The notes beneath the pieces were generated by a model. That model had not been told where the DNA came from and ran no database searches. It saw only the letters and a program-made list of their open reading frames with translations. The translations under genes were made by a program, and so were the position numbers. A stretch of 59,116 bases of DNA, counting the filler, from Sphacelaria rigidula (Eukaryota): assembly GCA_964200075.2 (NCBI GenBank). It is 10 parts of 10 records of this genome, joined end to end, with 100 filler letters (N's around TTAATTAATTAA, not from the genome) between each part and the next. Parts side by side here need not be neighbours in the genome. Positions count along the whole stretch, not along the records: positions 1 to 5,822 come from CAXNAA020024198.1; positions 5,923 to 11,744 come from CAXNAA020024199.1; 8 more parts are not named here. One strand, 5' to 3'. Each line of letters begins with the position of its first letter. Positions within the stretch are counted from its first letter, which is position 1. Shown in pieces: positions 1 to 11,744 of this stretch.

Positions 1-576
1 CCCTTTCCTCCCCCTGTGTTTGGCACCCTCGCTTTGGGGTGTCTAGCTACTCATTTTTTTTTTTTTTAATTGAAAATTGATCCTGAGTTGTTGCGCATGT
101 CTCTTCTCAGGGTTCAGGTTTCGGGGTTTACCTAGGGGAACTCGTTATATCCTGGCCGTAAATCCCAACTTTCTTAGTAATCCCTGAGTTTTTCCTCATC
201 CCTGAGTTCTGATTGGTGTTTCCGAAACTCTCTATTACAGACGCAGTAGAGTTGACCACTTGTGATGGTGAGAAATTTCTCAGATTTTTCGACTTGATTT
301 TGGTGTGAAGAGCGAAAATTCGGATCTTTAATCGGAGTATGCTTCAGGTGTGCTCCTAGCTTGCGCAGAACGCGTTTTGGTCGAAATCGGCGCCAGGGGC
401 GCCGATTTGAGGTCTGGCAACGCACCCTTTGCCTATGTCACACTTTCCGCCCCCTTGCCCGAGGGTTCTCGGTGTGCCTTCGTTGGGGTTAGGGTTACGG
501 TTAGTGTTGGTGTTATAGCTTGTTCGAAGTTATAACTTTCTGAGAAATTTCTCGCCATCCCGAGTGGTAAACTGAC

Positions 577-3500
577 CTCTATAGACGTGCACAATGTGTG
601 AGTTGCAGAGAATCACGTACTTGGCCCGCGTTTGGGCAGACAGCCGTGTTCGTACAACGCCTATATCTACATATCGCAATTGATACTACACTGCGACACA
701 AGAGGGGGAGAGATTGCGAAGGGGAATGTTACGGCCGTGGCGTTCCGAAAAAGAATATCCAACATCGAGGTAGCGGCAGTCATGAAATGTTATCAACGTG
801 ATGTTAATATAGTGTTATGCCCGCAACGGCAGATCCATGCAAACTCCTGGGTGCCAGGCGTGCGTGCCCACTTCACGTTCACCCCTTGCAATACTTCTGG
901 AATCTACGGCACAGTTCCAGCGCCGGTACCCTCAGCGCTTTGACCTAAACTCCCTGCGTCTGCGGACATGTTCTTCTCTACTTGCTTCGACTTACCCCTA
1001 CAGTACCACCTACCGTTTCGGTACACCCGGCGCAGGCCGACGTTACCGGCAAACACGTGCGGTGCAGTACAGTGACTACTATTGCCATCATCCAGCGATC
1101 AGGGGGGTACCCCCCCCTCATAAAATTGGAACCCCCCCCCCCTCCTCCTCCTCCAACCCCTGAATGAGGTTTGTGCGGCGAAAGAGGGGGTGGTGCGTAG
1201 ATTTCCCGATATGGGGCCCCTCGGCTCAACATGTCGAATACACATATCCATCGTTTTCTTCTGCTGTCGTTTTTAATGCTAACAAGCATTTGCTGTCCTT
1301 CTCTTCGTCGCCTTGTATCAATTTCCTTTTGTCTCGGGGTTCCGTACAATCTGCAGCTCCGGTACATCGACGGCTCGCGGTGGGCGTAAGCACGGCGGGA
1401 CCACAGGAGCATACCGATCCCTCACACTTTATCGTCGATTTTTCGAAGTCACGTTTCAGGGGGGGGGAGGGGACATAAATTGCCGTATCCTGCCATCGTT
1501 TTTGTCCGCTTGTTTTCGTTTACTTCGGTGGCGACTTTTGCGTAAGCCAGCAATCGTTGGGTCGATCGAACGAGCCCATTAGGCACGCCGAGGAGGAGGG
1601 AATACATTTAGTCATTTGAAAAAAACAAGCGGGAGTATTTTTTCTCTTCGCGTGCTGGCTATACAATGGTAATATTATTTGTGGATAATGTGCGACAAGG
1701 CATGGACAAGAGGGTGAGTGACAACGTCTGTATGTAATCTTAGTGGCGACTGCTTTGCTGTTCGTTTTAACGATCTAGGCTTGTCGCAAGTTGCGGAGGC
1801 TTGCTGCATGTGGATTTATTGTTGACAGCTCCTGAGAGCACACCCCCCCTCGCGTTTCGCCCTTGCGCCACGGCCCGAACATCAGTATCATGGGGGACCT
1901 TTTTTTTTGTTTCTCTCTTGAAGGAAGGAGATAACCTCACCCAACACTTACCCCGCAAGCGATTTCGCGTGCCGATTACCCGGAGGCTTTGCTCAAGACA
2001 ATGTGGGGGTCCAACCCACTGAAACCCCGGGTCAACTTGGCGCAGTGCACGCGCAGCCCCACCTTGCCGAGCTTCGGCCCTACGATCATAGAGAAACATG
2101 CTCATCATGGAAAGTCACAACAAGACGCATGGTGCGGTGCGTGTGTTTGTCGTCCCATCTGTGTTTGGAGGGACCCAAAAAGTGTCCTACTTGTCGGCGC
2201 TGAGCTCCTCAAACGGGGGTAAAAGCGGGGAGTAAAAGTGTGTGTGTGTTGTTGTCGTCCCATCTATTCCGGACGTCGGTCTACACCTTCGGTAGCACCA
2301 GCCGGGGTCACACAGGAGGAAGGCCAATACAGGAGCTACTTTTCTTAATTTCCTCTAGTACCCCACCTTCCTTCTGCGGTGCTTGCCTTGATTTTTTATC
2401 GCGAGAAGGGTCCAGCAGTCTATTTCCCCCGTCGACCGTTGAGTCGAATTTTGTGTACCCACGACNNNNNNNNNNCTGTTGGGCATGGTGTGAGGAAAAA
2501 TCCTAGATCGCTCCGAGATTTGAACCCAAGACCCAACCGTCAGACTACAGCCTGGATCCGTTTTTGAGGTTCAGCATTTGCGTGAGGTTCAACTCGAAAA
2601 CAGTGTTTTTCCTTACCTAAAGTCATGACCAATGCATTTCATATGGACGGCCTCATGCCCCCCACCTCCTTGAAACTATTTTCAGGGGTTGCCCGTCTTC
2701 CGTGCCCCTAAAGCGTATGTGCGAAAACACCAATTTCGGGCTCAAGACGTCCCTTTTTTCGCCCCGATATCGAGGCAAAAAGGTGCTTTCGCACATGCGC
2801 TTTGGGGGCACGGAAGACAGGCAACCCTCAAAAATAGTTTCAAGGAGGTCGGGGGGGCATGAGGTCGTCCATACGAAATTCATCGATCATGACTTCAGGT
2901 CAGGGAAAGCACTGTTTTCGAGTTGAACCTCACCCAAATGTCGAACCTCAAAAACGGATCCAGGCTGTTGGAAGGTTTCGAGGTTACCAACTGAGCCACC
3001 GGGGCGACCGGCAGGTGAGAGTGTATTTCGAATCTGCGTACTCACGATTCAGCGGAGAGTGACAGCACCATTTTTTTATTTCTTGTCGCAACCTCAAACC
3101 CTTCCCCTTACTCGCGATGAGTCCGTGGTGTCAAGGGACCAACTCATCTCTGCCCAGTACGCACCTTCCATGCTGGTCTCGCAGATTGGTTCAGCACTCC
3201 CTCACTTCGTCAACTTTCATCGAACAAACTCAGTCAACTGCTTCTCGTTTACTCACGTATACTCACGCTTTCAACGATGGAAATCAGATACTTCGAAGAA
3301 GACAAGACGCATCGGAATCCGAACCCTCGTTCTCTCTACCCTCATGATGACAGCCGGACCACTACACATTGGACCACCGGGACGCGGCGGTAGTATGTCC
3401 TCGAATTATCGCCAAGCGGCGGTGAAAAACTCAGATTTCCCTCGAACATGACATTATTTTTGATGAAAATAAAGAGTGCAGGTCTGTTGTTTTTGTGGGC

Positions 3501-3612
3501 TCACGCGAGGCGTGAGCATATTAACCAAGCTTCTACGTGGAGCGGCTGTCCCCCTGCGAGTAGATACTTGCACATGATCCCCTGACCGCGAAGCGTTTTC
3601 AAAATTTTCCAT
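577..3612 (-). CDS. Possible further multi-exon gene of unknown function (candidate exon ends near 3505, 1979, 996, 871, 577)
   Basis: Several minus-strand donors (GTGAGC, GTAAGT, GTCAGT) follow short open segments such as PKLGKVGLRVHCAKLTRGFSGLDPHIVLSKAS, VKALRVPALELCRRFQKYCK and TRAKYVILCNSHIVHVYR. I could not build a phase-consistent model. Confidence 0.3.
2238..3011 (-). mobile_element. tRNA-derived SINE interrupted by a MITE
   Basis: Minus-strand head has an A-box (TGGCTCAGTTGG, ~2986-2997) and a B-box (GGGTTCAAATC, ~2518-2528) split by the MITE. It ends in a (CA)-rich tail. The body is repeated at 58980-59116. Confidence 0.75.
2545..2970. mobile_element. Foldback MITE with ~200-bp inverted arms
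   Basis: CAGCCTGGATCCGTTTTTGAGGTTC...GAACCTCAAAAACGGATCCAGGCTG; the arms pair almost to the centre (~2755). Confidence 0.9.
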
Positions 3613-3616
3613 GCTA

Positions 3617-5707
3617 TCACTCCCGTCCCCGGCTGAACTGCTTTTGTTGTGATTCGCCTCGATTGGTGCTGGAAGCGCCAAGGTGCTTCATTCTTCTCCA
3701 TTTATACGAATCTCCCAGCCGGGTTTCCTTCACACGGATTGCATTTTTCCCTCCCCCTGAACGTTCTCCGCTAATCGGTACCGGTTCCGCCGACGCCGGC
3801 GTGTTCATAACGATCGCTTCGATCCCCGCCACGACGCGATCGACGGCATCACCCAACACCCCGTGGATATTGGTGCTACTGGCGCTATCCACTTTTGACG
3901 ATTTGGCACGTTCAATAGCTCCCAGCCAGTTCCGCTGGTGCTTCAGATAAGCCAGAAAAACTAACGCCTCGCGCAGATCTCGACAGTCTTTCTCCGCGCC
4001 CCTGAACCGTTCACCATCTGTGGTTCGCGCTGGCAAGAACTCGCCCAGCCAATCAGCGCCCTTTTGGTATCCTCCCGGCCACGTGGACAGGACGTTGTTA
4101 GCCCCGTAAATACTGGGTGTAGAACTCTTCACTTGTCGCGCTTCAGCGTGTTGTTGAACGTTGTCGTTGCAGCTGTGTGATGAGCGATGGGTGGCGGAGG
4201 AATCTGCCCGCAAGGTGAGAAAAGCACGTTCACCTCGTCGTCCGGCTATTGACGTTATTGTCTCCTGCGTGTTTTCGCGTAGTTTGGAAATGTGTCGAAG
4301 AAATTAAAAGGCACACGCATGGAGATGTGGCGGGGTTACAGGTGTAGGTGATCGGTGGTGGCCATCAGCTAGTTGGGTGCCCGTGCAAACATGGATCCGC
4401 GTACAGTAGCAGTTGGTAACTTGGCCTCGAGCATCAGCTGCATCTACTCCTTTGAAGTTGACACGAAGCATTGATAGAATCTCGCTCCTCGAGCGTACCT
4501 TTTACCGACTAGATAGCTTGTTCACTTGGACTATAACAACAAACGGAACACCGAAGAGGGCGAGGAAGGGTAAGAGTCGCCCGAAGACAACATCGCATCG
4601 GCCAAACGCTAGCAAGATCGAAGTGAGGGCGGGACAGGATGGAGCTCAAAAATAGGGATATGTCCTCGCTTGTCTCGATTACACGCACTCACCTGTGTTA
4701 TGTGCCAGCCATTTCCTCGAAGCCACTTGCGTAAATCGTGGACATATTCCAGGCGAGCATCCATTGGCTGCAGCACGAGACGCTTGATCTCCAGGGTGGA
4801 CAGGGTAGATCCGGTCGACGAGTCGCCATCGCAGTTATCGCCGATTCTGTTACTTTCGCTGAGAATTTGAATCATGGTCTTGACGCCTGCGAGATAGGGC
4901 GAGGTTTGCAGTTGAGTTCGATAGCGAGATTGATTTGTCAACCACAACACTCCATGTGCATCAATATTTCCAACGGGAGTGACCTGCCAAGTATCGCCAA
5001 ATGAAATTGGCGGTATTTCAATATCGCGCAGCAAGCGGTGAAGCGATGGCTTCAACAAAATCCGGTACCCTCTGCTGACACGGGGGACTTTGCGAAGAGA
5101 ACCAAACACCTCCGACTACGCTCCCCACTAACGTAGCACTCGCTCGCCGCGCCATGCGATATCCAAAAGACAATTTTGTCCATGTGTAAGTGAAACAAGG
5201 GCAGAGAAAACCGTCACACAAGTGTTCCAAGGGCGCAGTGGAGATCTCATGTCTGTACTAAGAGCACTTTTAGCTGTTGGAAACGATATTTGTACAGTAA
5301 TCGTTCTTTACTTTCGACGTCGTCACTTTCGAGAAGAAATTTCCCCTCACCCATTCCGGCGATGCACACGGTATCCACATCCCCCTTCTCCAATACGCTT
5401 AGCCCTTCGCCTAAACGGCACTCCAGATCAGGCAGTAGGACTGTAGTCGCAATATCCGCAGCATCCCCCGCATTGCCCTCCACATCCCGTCGCCTACTGC
5501 CACTCTCCTCGCGCCCATGCACTTGTTCCTCCTCCTTGACCGGGGTGGGAAATGTATCACGGGCGGCAAGGTCCTTTGCGTGCTTCTTGGCATGTTGGAG
5601 ATATCGACAGCAATTATCCACAGCAACCCTCAGTGGCCTAGCCGCTCGGTCGCTGGCGATGACTTTTGCGCCGTTTGCGTGTAGGCATATTGCCAAGAGG
5701 CCATGGT
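3617..5707 (-). CDS. trmK: TrmK-like tRNA (adenine22-N1)-methyltransferase, 5'-partial; exons 5707-5351, 4886-4693, 4264-3617
   Basis: Spliced translation DHGLLAICL..VIASDRAARPLRVAVDN..RLGEGLSVLEKGDVDTVCIAGMG|GVKTMIQIL..RLVLQPM..LRKWLRGNGWHITQ|ETIT.. matches TrmK motifs (DH, GDGL, IAGMGG, LILQP, LR.WL). AG/GT sites are canonical and phases match. The 3' end of the last exon is less certain. Confidence 0.85.
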
Positions 5708-5822
5708 CTGAGTAGTTTTTTTCAGTAGGACGGGAGGGGGATGGGGGGGGGGGGGGGGGTGGGGGTGGGGTTTTTGCAGGGCGCGCAAATGGGCTGTTTC
5801 GTCTGGAGTAAGTATACCTTCC

Positions 5823-5922
5823 NNNNNNNNNNNNNNNNNNNNNNNNNNNNNNNNNNNNNNNNNNNNTTAATTAATTAANNNNNNNNNNNNNNNNNNNNNN
5901 NNNNNNNNNNNNNNNNNNNNNN
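5823..5922. other. Artificial contig linker N44-TTAATTAATTAA-N44; also at 11745-11844, 17667-17766, 23589-23688, 29511-29610, 35433-35532, 41354-41453, 47275-47374, 53196-53295
   Basis: Identical 100-bp spacers with stops in all six frames. The intervening contigs are 5822 bp (x6) then 5821 bp (x4), i.e. sorted by length. Confidence 0.98.
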
Positions 5923-6020
5923 TGCAGGGACTGACCCAATTAGTTTTGAAAAACGTCGATCCTGAGGTATTTTGAGCTACGGCGCGGTCCTCTAAGCACG
6001 CGGTCCTCTCACGCATTACA
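5923..6020. mobile_element. TGT...ACA MITE family, copy A (contig-edge partial)
   Basis: Ends in CTCTAAGCACGCGGTCCTCTCACGCATTACA. Confidence 0.8.
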
Positions 6021-6101
6021 GGAGGTCAAAGCACCCCGGGGCCGACGCTTTTGAAGACCGCTCAGGCCAGTCCCTCCAGGGCCCGCGCCTCTGACCGTAA
6101 C

Positions 6102-6312
6102 TGCAATGCGTGAGGGGACTGCGTGCTTAGAGGACAGCATCGGAATCTGAACATCCCTATGGTTGGAGTTAGCGTTAGCTTTAGTGTTGGGGTTAGGGTC
6201 AGGGACGTGGTCCCTGCAGGGACTGGCCCGATTGGTTTCGAATAACGTCGACCCTGAAGTATTTCGAACTACGATGCGGTTCTCCAAGCGCGCGGTCCTC
6301 TCACGCATTACA
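6102..6312 (-). mobile_element. TGT...ACA MITE family, copy B
   Basis: ~40-bp TIRs with an internal GTTAGC/GTTAGG/GTCAGG hexamer tract. Confidence 0.85.
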
Positions 6313-6707
6313 CTATCGCCGATGGCAGGCGTGCGCTACAGTTCCAAGGCACTACAGTGGCCATGCCTTGATCGACCGAGTACGTGTATATCTTGCTGCA
6401 TGTCTCTGACAGCAGCGTTGTGCTTCGAAACGCGGCGCAATCATTAACGGTAGCAAAAACGAAGCGGGAATGCAGTAAGTTCATCTCAGCAGTAGAAACA
6501 TTTCGTAAGGCGCTCTGTTGTCCATGTATACCTGCTTGAAACCACTGTTGGAATTTATAGAGTATCATATTCATATTACTTGAGGGCTGCATGTACCATA
6601 TCAAACGCAAGCGAGATGATCAGCATCGCTACCGACGCGCCACGCCCACCTGATACGAGTCACTTCCAGAACCTCTGACACTGTGTACCGACCATATCAC
6701 TGCTCAC

Positions 6708-6863
6708 CGCGGTGAACAGCACGGTGATGAAAAATGCCCAGCAAAGGTAGCACAGGAATACGCTGAATCTTTCCCCCCCCGTGAAGGGGTGCAACTCGTG
6801 CGCGTAAAACATGCTTAGGACCGGATGCTGGTTCTTGGCCCACTCGCGAAAGTTGCCGATCCT
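6708..6863 (-). CDS. Internal exon of a membrane protein with a polycystin/PKD-like pre-TM motif
   Basis: CAG|..IGNFREWAKNQHPVLSMFYAHELHPFTGGERFSVFLCYLCWAFFITVLFTA|GTGAGC resembles the H.wlS.f....FTR.qR....c.l motif followed by a TM helix. Confidence 0.55.
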
Positions 6864-7018
6864 CTGCGGCAAACGGTATGGAAGAACACCACAAAATTTC
6901 ATAGCGAAGCGGAGTGGACAAATATGTACAAATATGTAGAATCCACGCTTGAAAGATTTAGGGCCCCATTGCTCCAGCTGTGTCACGCATGAACGGGAAC
7001 AAAGTTGCCGGGTCGTTG

Positions 7019-7257
7019 TGTAATGCGTGGGAGGACCGCGTCCTTTTTAGACCGCATCGGAATTTCAACAACTCAGAATCGACGTTTTACTAGACCGCTC
7101 GGGCCAATCCCTGCAGGGACCGCGCCCCTGACCCTGACCCTGACCATGACCCCAACCCTGACCCTAACCCTGACCCTGACCCTAACTTTCACTGCAGTCA
7201 TTGGAGTGTTTAAACTCCGACGCGGTACGAAAGCACGCGGTCCTCCCACGCATTACA
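7019..7257 (+). mobile_element. TGT...ACA MITE family, copy C
   Basis: TIRs TGTAATGCGTGGGAGGACCGCG / CGCGGTCCTCCCACGCATTACA with a (CCCTGA/CCCTAA)n core. Confidence 0.85.
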
Positions 7258-7642
7258 GTTACCAAGCAAGGCTAGCGGGATAGACAGAATACGAAGTTCC
7301 CAATCTCGGTACCAGGTGCACATTTACCGTTCCCAAAGTTTCATAGGGGGAACTATCGCAAACCTCAACCTTGCCCGTCAGGCTGTGAGACGTACGAACA
7401 GTGATGGCTGAAACACAAGGCGAAATATCGTACATAGCATGTTAGGTTCTCAATATGCCAATATAACGCATGGATTTCGCGGGGCAAAGGCGAAACCGTA
7501 GAGCCGCATGCATCAGCGGACAAACGCACTGCTTTCAAGCGGTACCCTCTACCTATTCGAAAATACACTTGCTGAACGCAGCGAATTGGTTCTACGTCTC
7601 AACACGGGGTTTTACGAATTGGGAGTGGATTTTGAATTGAGG

Positions 7643-7890
7643 TGTAATGCGTGAGAGGACCGCGTGCTTAGAGAACCGCATCGCAGTTCGAAATACCTCA
7701 GAATCGATGATTTTCAAAATCAGTGAGGCCAGTCCCTGCAAGGACCATGCTCCTGACCCCAATCCCAACACTAACACTAACACTAACACTAACACTAACA
7801 CTAACACTAACACTAACACTAACACTAACACTAACCATAGGTATGTTCAAGTTCCAATGCGGTCCTCTAAGCACGCAGTCCTCTCACACA
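7643..7890 (+). mobile_element. TGT...ACA MITE family, copy D with (CACTAA)~11 core
   Basis: Left TIR intact, right end eroded. Inserted in the palindromic element 7601-8520. Confidence 0.85.
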
Positions 7891-8025
7891 AAATATATAG
7901 GGGGACGATAACCCGGGGGATTAAAATCTTCGTATCCACACCAAATATTCGAAATAAGGTTCTACTCCTTCACCTACTAATCGCTGTTGACAACTACTAC
8001 ACACCACACAAGATCGGATCCTGAT

Positions 8026-8236
8026 TGTAATGCGTGAGAGGATCGCGTGCTTAAAGGACCGCGCCGTTGTTCAAAACACCTCAGGATCGATGTTTTTCAA
8101 AACCAATCGGGCCAGTCCCCGCAGGCACCACGCCCCTGACCACAACCCCAACACTAACCCTGACCCTAACGCTAACCATAGGGATGTTCAAATTCCGATG
8201 CGGTCCTCTAAGCACGCGGTCCTCTCACGCATTACA
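8026..8236 (+). mobile_element. TGT...ACA MITE family, copy E with 5-bp TSD CTGAT
   Basis: CTGAT at 8021-8025 and 8237-8241. The homologous empty site in the paralogous host element (~11165) has a single copy. Confidence 0.92.
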
Positions 8237-10978
8237 CTGATAACCGACATGTTGGGGCCCTAGGTGAAGAAAAACGTTGGGGGGAAACGGATGATCCGAT
8301 CAGATCGCCAAAATTCCCCAAAATTGGTTTTTCATCTAGAAGCCCAGCATTTCGGCTGTTGAAACCAAAATTTGTATGGCGTATAGTAGTTGTCAATAGC
8401 TAACAGCAAGTGAAAAAATGGAACCGTATTTTGAAGATTTGGTGTGGATACGAAGATTTCAATTCTCCGGGTTTTTCATCTTCAATAAAAATGCATCCCC
8501 GATGTGTAAAACCCCGTGTTGCAAGCCCTGATACGACGCTCCTTTTCCTCCAAAGGGATATGAAATGGTGACGTGATCGACAAAGTGTGGAGTTAAACCC
8601 CGTGCGTGATTGCAAGATCAGTTATTGTGAGAACGATTTCCTACATAGGGGAGATGTATTATGGTTATCGATTTTGATCGGATGGAACTCACGGTTCCAT
8701 CCGAGCCTGGCAGTCCGTATATTTTGCCCTTCAGCAGCATTTCCACGATTCTCCTGTGTTGCTCTTTCTTCACAGTTTCAATCTGGAAAATTCACAGGGC
8801 AGAGACGCACAGCCTTTTCTGGTCAAAGATGGTAGCTGAAGGAAGCTCTACCATGGCAATAGCTGCACAATTTTCATTGCATCATGAAATAAGCGATGTG
8901 AAGTGGGAGGGCCTCTGGTCAAGAACTGAGGCCGTTGTATATAATCCAAGAGCACGCTTTACAGAAATATATAATACAGAAGTCAACTTCGGGTTTGGAG
9001 ACAACCTGCACATATGAACATGGATGGTACGCAGAATAATATCGACAGCTATAAGCCACTACTCGATTTGCAGAGCATCAAGAGTACACGTTAGGATCGA
9101 CGTGAAGCGACAAGAAGAAATGAAGGCCCGAGGTTGTGTCGGACTGTAAGTATGAGGAGCTGAAGTTTGTTGCAAATAAACCACAGAAGCATCGGTAAAA
9201 TCATGGGCGACGAACAATCATATCGCTGACACAGACGAACAATCATATGCGAATACCGGATTTCGCACCTCAAATTCATTTAGGGTGACAAACGTCCACG
9301 ACACGTCAATCACATGAAAGCTTCTCCCGTGTTGCGATGTGATCATTCGCACATCGTCAAGCACGCGTACAGTATCCAACACCCCTACGGCTTTGTTTGA
9401 TATCAGTACAACAGCAGCATTGCGCGATTATAATCGTGCTACGGCGCACACTGATGTGTAGCAAACAGGTAGGTCTGCGCGACCTTGCTTCTTGGCAGGG
9501 GGGCTTGTACATTCCTGTAATAGCTCTTTGTGTGTCTCCAAAGGCAGTACATTATATTCAAGGATAGACCATCTCACTGGGAGGATGACATCAAACAACC
9601 CACGGTTGCACCATTAGTTCACTTTTCAGATGGCTGTAGCAACTCAAATCTGCGCGTCAAAGGTGGGATATTGCACACGGTGTTTCGTAGATCGTGATCG
9701 CGAGTACCAGTTTAAAGTACACGACTGTGGTTGTCAACCAGAGTACACGACCGAACACCGATCAGGGTTGGATGTCAGGTAGCATTGTTGTCAGGTAGCC
9801 AAAGAAGAAGACTGGGCGCAAGAGGCACATAGCCACACGTCCAAAAGGATATATGCTCCAGTCAGTAACGTGCCGAGGGCCGTTCTCGAAACACACGATC
9901 TACGAAGATCAACCGTCAATATTTCCCTATATCGTTACACGTCATGATACAAGATACCACCTTCTATGCGTGGCGACGAGAGTACAGCACCATCCCGCAG
10001 CACCATCCCGTACGGGGGACCTCATCACCTTCAAATCACCCACCACACTAGAGTGTATACTGTTGCAACCTTCGCGTCTGTACTCGGCGTGGCTACTACT
10101 AAGAACGGCGCAAACCATGCAAAACATCGTGAGACCAATATGTTCAAAACAAGCAGTATAATACTGGCTTATTCAAATATAAGACAAGAATGTGCAGGAC
10201 AGCACAAGACAGGATAGGACTGTACCGCTGCAGATGCGCCCAGGAGACTCGTGGATACAGCAAGGAGCTATTCCGATACCTTCGAAGCTCCCGGCACGGG
10301 GCATGAACTATGCAGTGTGGAGTATTGGCTACACACACACATATATATACAGATGTATATGGGGGATGACGCCTGTCGGGTGGAGCTAATTTACATTCGA
10401 ACCCCTCCCCTTCCTCAGAACAAGTCCGTGGGCTCGGAGGATCAACACATCTCTCCCCCGTACACGCCTTGCCTTTTGGCCTCGTGGGTTCGGTCAGCAC
10501 ACCCGCACCACATCAACTCTCGTCCAACAAACTTAGCCAACCACATCTTGTTTTCTCGTATACCCATCCTTTCGACGGTGAAAAACAAAAACTTCAAAGA
10601 AACAATCCAACGCACGGGGAATCGAGCACACATTCTCTCTACCGCAATGGTGACAATCGAACCATTAGACCACCCGGAAGCAGTGACCGCAATAAATATG
10701 CATATTTCGGGGAATTGTTGGGTTTCAGCTTCTTTCACTCTTCGATTTCCCAGCGAAGAGGGGATGTTACAATTTGAGGACGGATTTGTCTTTTGAGGAC
10801 CAGCCTTGGGAAGTTTCGTAGGCATCGAAATATTTCAAAATATTAATGCATATGCATTCTTCGGCCTCAAAACGTGACTTAGCTCATCCTCATAATAATA
10901 ATATATCCACAATTTGTAAAATCCCGTGTACGTCCCAAACATATATTTTACCTCACTTCATTCTCGTGAAATACTAAC

Positions 10979-11569
10979 AACACGGGGTTGTACAAATTGG
11001 GGATGGATGCTTTATTGGGGATGAAAACCGGGAGAATATTTTATTGGGGATGAAAACCAGGGGAATTAAACTATTCGTATCCACACCAAATCTTCGAAGT
11101 ATGCTCCCATTTCTTCATGTGCTAGTAGCTATTGACAACTGCTACACGCCATACAAATTTGGATTTCGATAAGCGTAATATCGGGGTCCTAGGTAAAAAC
11201 CAATTTTGGCATCCGATCGGACACCCAAAATCGCCAAAAAATAATGGTTCTTCACCTCGGACCCCGACATTTAAGTTATCGAAATCCAAGTTTTTATGGC
11301 GTGTAGTCGTTGTCAATAGCTACCAGCACGTGAAGAAATGGGAGCATACTTCGAAGATTTAGTGTGGATACGATCACCTTTCACCTCGGACCCCGACAGT
11401 TAGGTTATCGAAATCCAATTTTTCATGGCGTGTAGTAGTTGTCAATAGCTACCAGTAAGTAAAGGAATGGAAGCATACTTCGAAGATTTGGTGTGGATAC
11501 GAATATTTTAATTCTCCGGGTTCTCATCCCCCCCAAAACATCAATCCTCAATTTGTAAAATCCCGTGTT
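10979..11569. mobile_element. Second copy of the AACACGGGG palindromic element, right arm partly duplicated
   Basis: Same termini and arms as 7601-8520. ~11250-11375 is duplicated at ~11380-11500. Confidence 0.8.
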
Positions 11570-11613
11570 CAACCCTGGTCCTAACCCTAACCACGGGGAC
11601 GTTAAAATTCCGA

Positions 11614-11744
11614 TGAGTCATCCTACGATAGGGGGGGGGGTATTTTGGGCCATTTGTTGCTCGAAATTTGGAGTCAGATCGTCATTGAAAGTAACAACGG
11701 TTGTTCGAACAAGCTTGTTATGGATCAATAACGCGCTCATCCAT
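11614..11744 (+). mobile_element. Partial copy of the GAGTCATCC MITE (see 35044-35294)
   Basis: Matches the reverse complement of 35165-35294. It interrupts a fragment of the TGT...ACA MITE at 11571-11613. Confidence 0.75.

Larger units (their letters stand above)
7601..8520. mobile_element. Palindromic non-autonomous element (AACACGGGG termini) hosting two MITE insertions
   Basis: AACACGGGGTTTTAC...GTAAAACCCCGTGTT, with inverted internal arms TTCGTATCCACACCAAAT / ATTTGGTGTGGATACGAA. Confidence 0.8.

Noticed and set aside
484..512. True telomere
   Set aside because: Short, degenerate and internal; similar hexamers here are carried by MITEs.
1940..2030. U1 snRNA (ACTTACC)
   Set aside because: No U1 stem-loops or Sm site; it reads better as a minus-strand GGTAAGT donor-like site.
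2960..3011. tRNA gene
   Set aside because: Only A/B boxes are present, interrupted by a MITE and joined to a SINE body; no complete cloverleaf.
5707..6863. Fusion of the membrane exon to TrmK, or any cross-contig gene cluster
   Set aside because: Separated by an artificial linker.
7592..8024. Poly-LV/NT/TL ORFs
   Set aside because: Translations of the (CACTAA)n tract inside a MITE.
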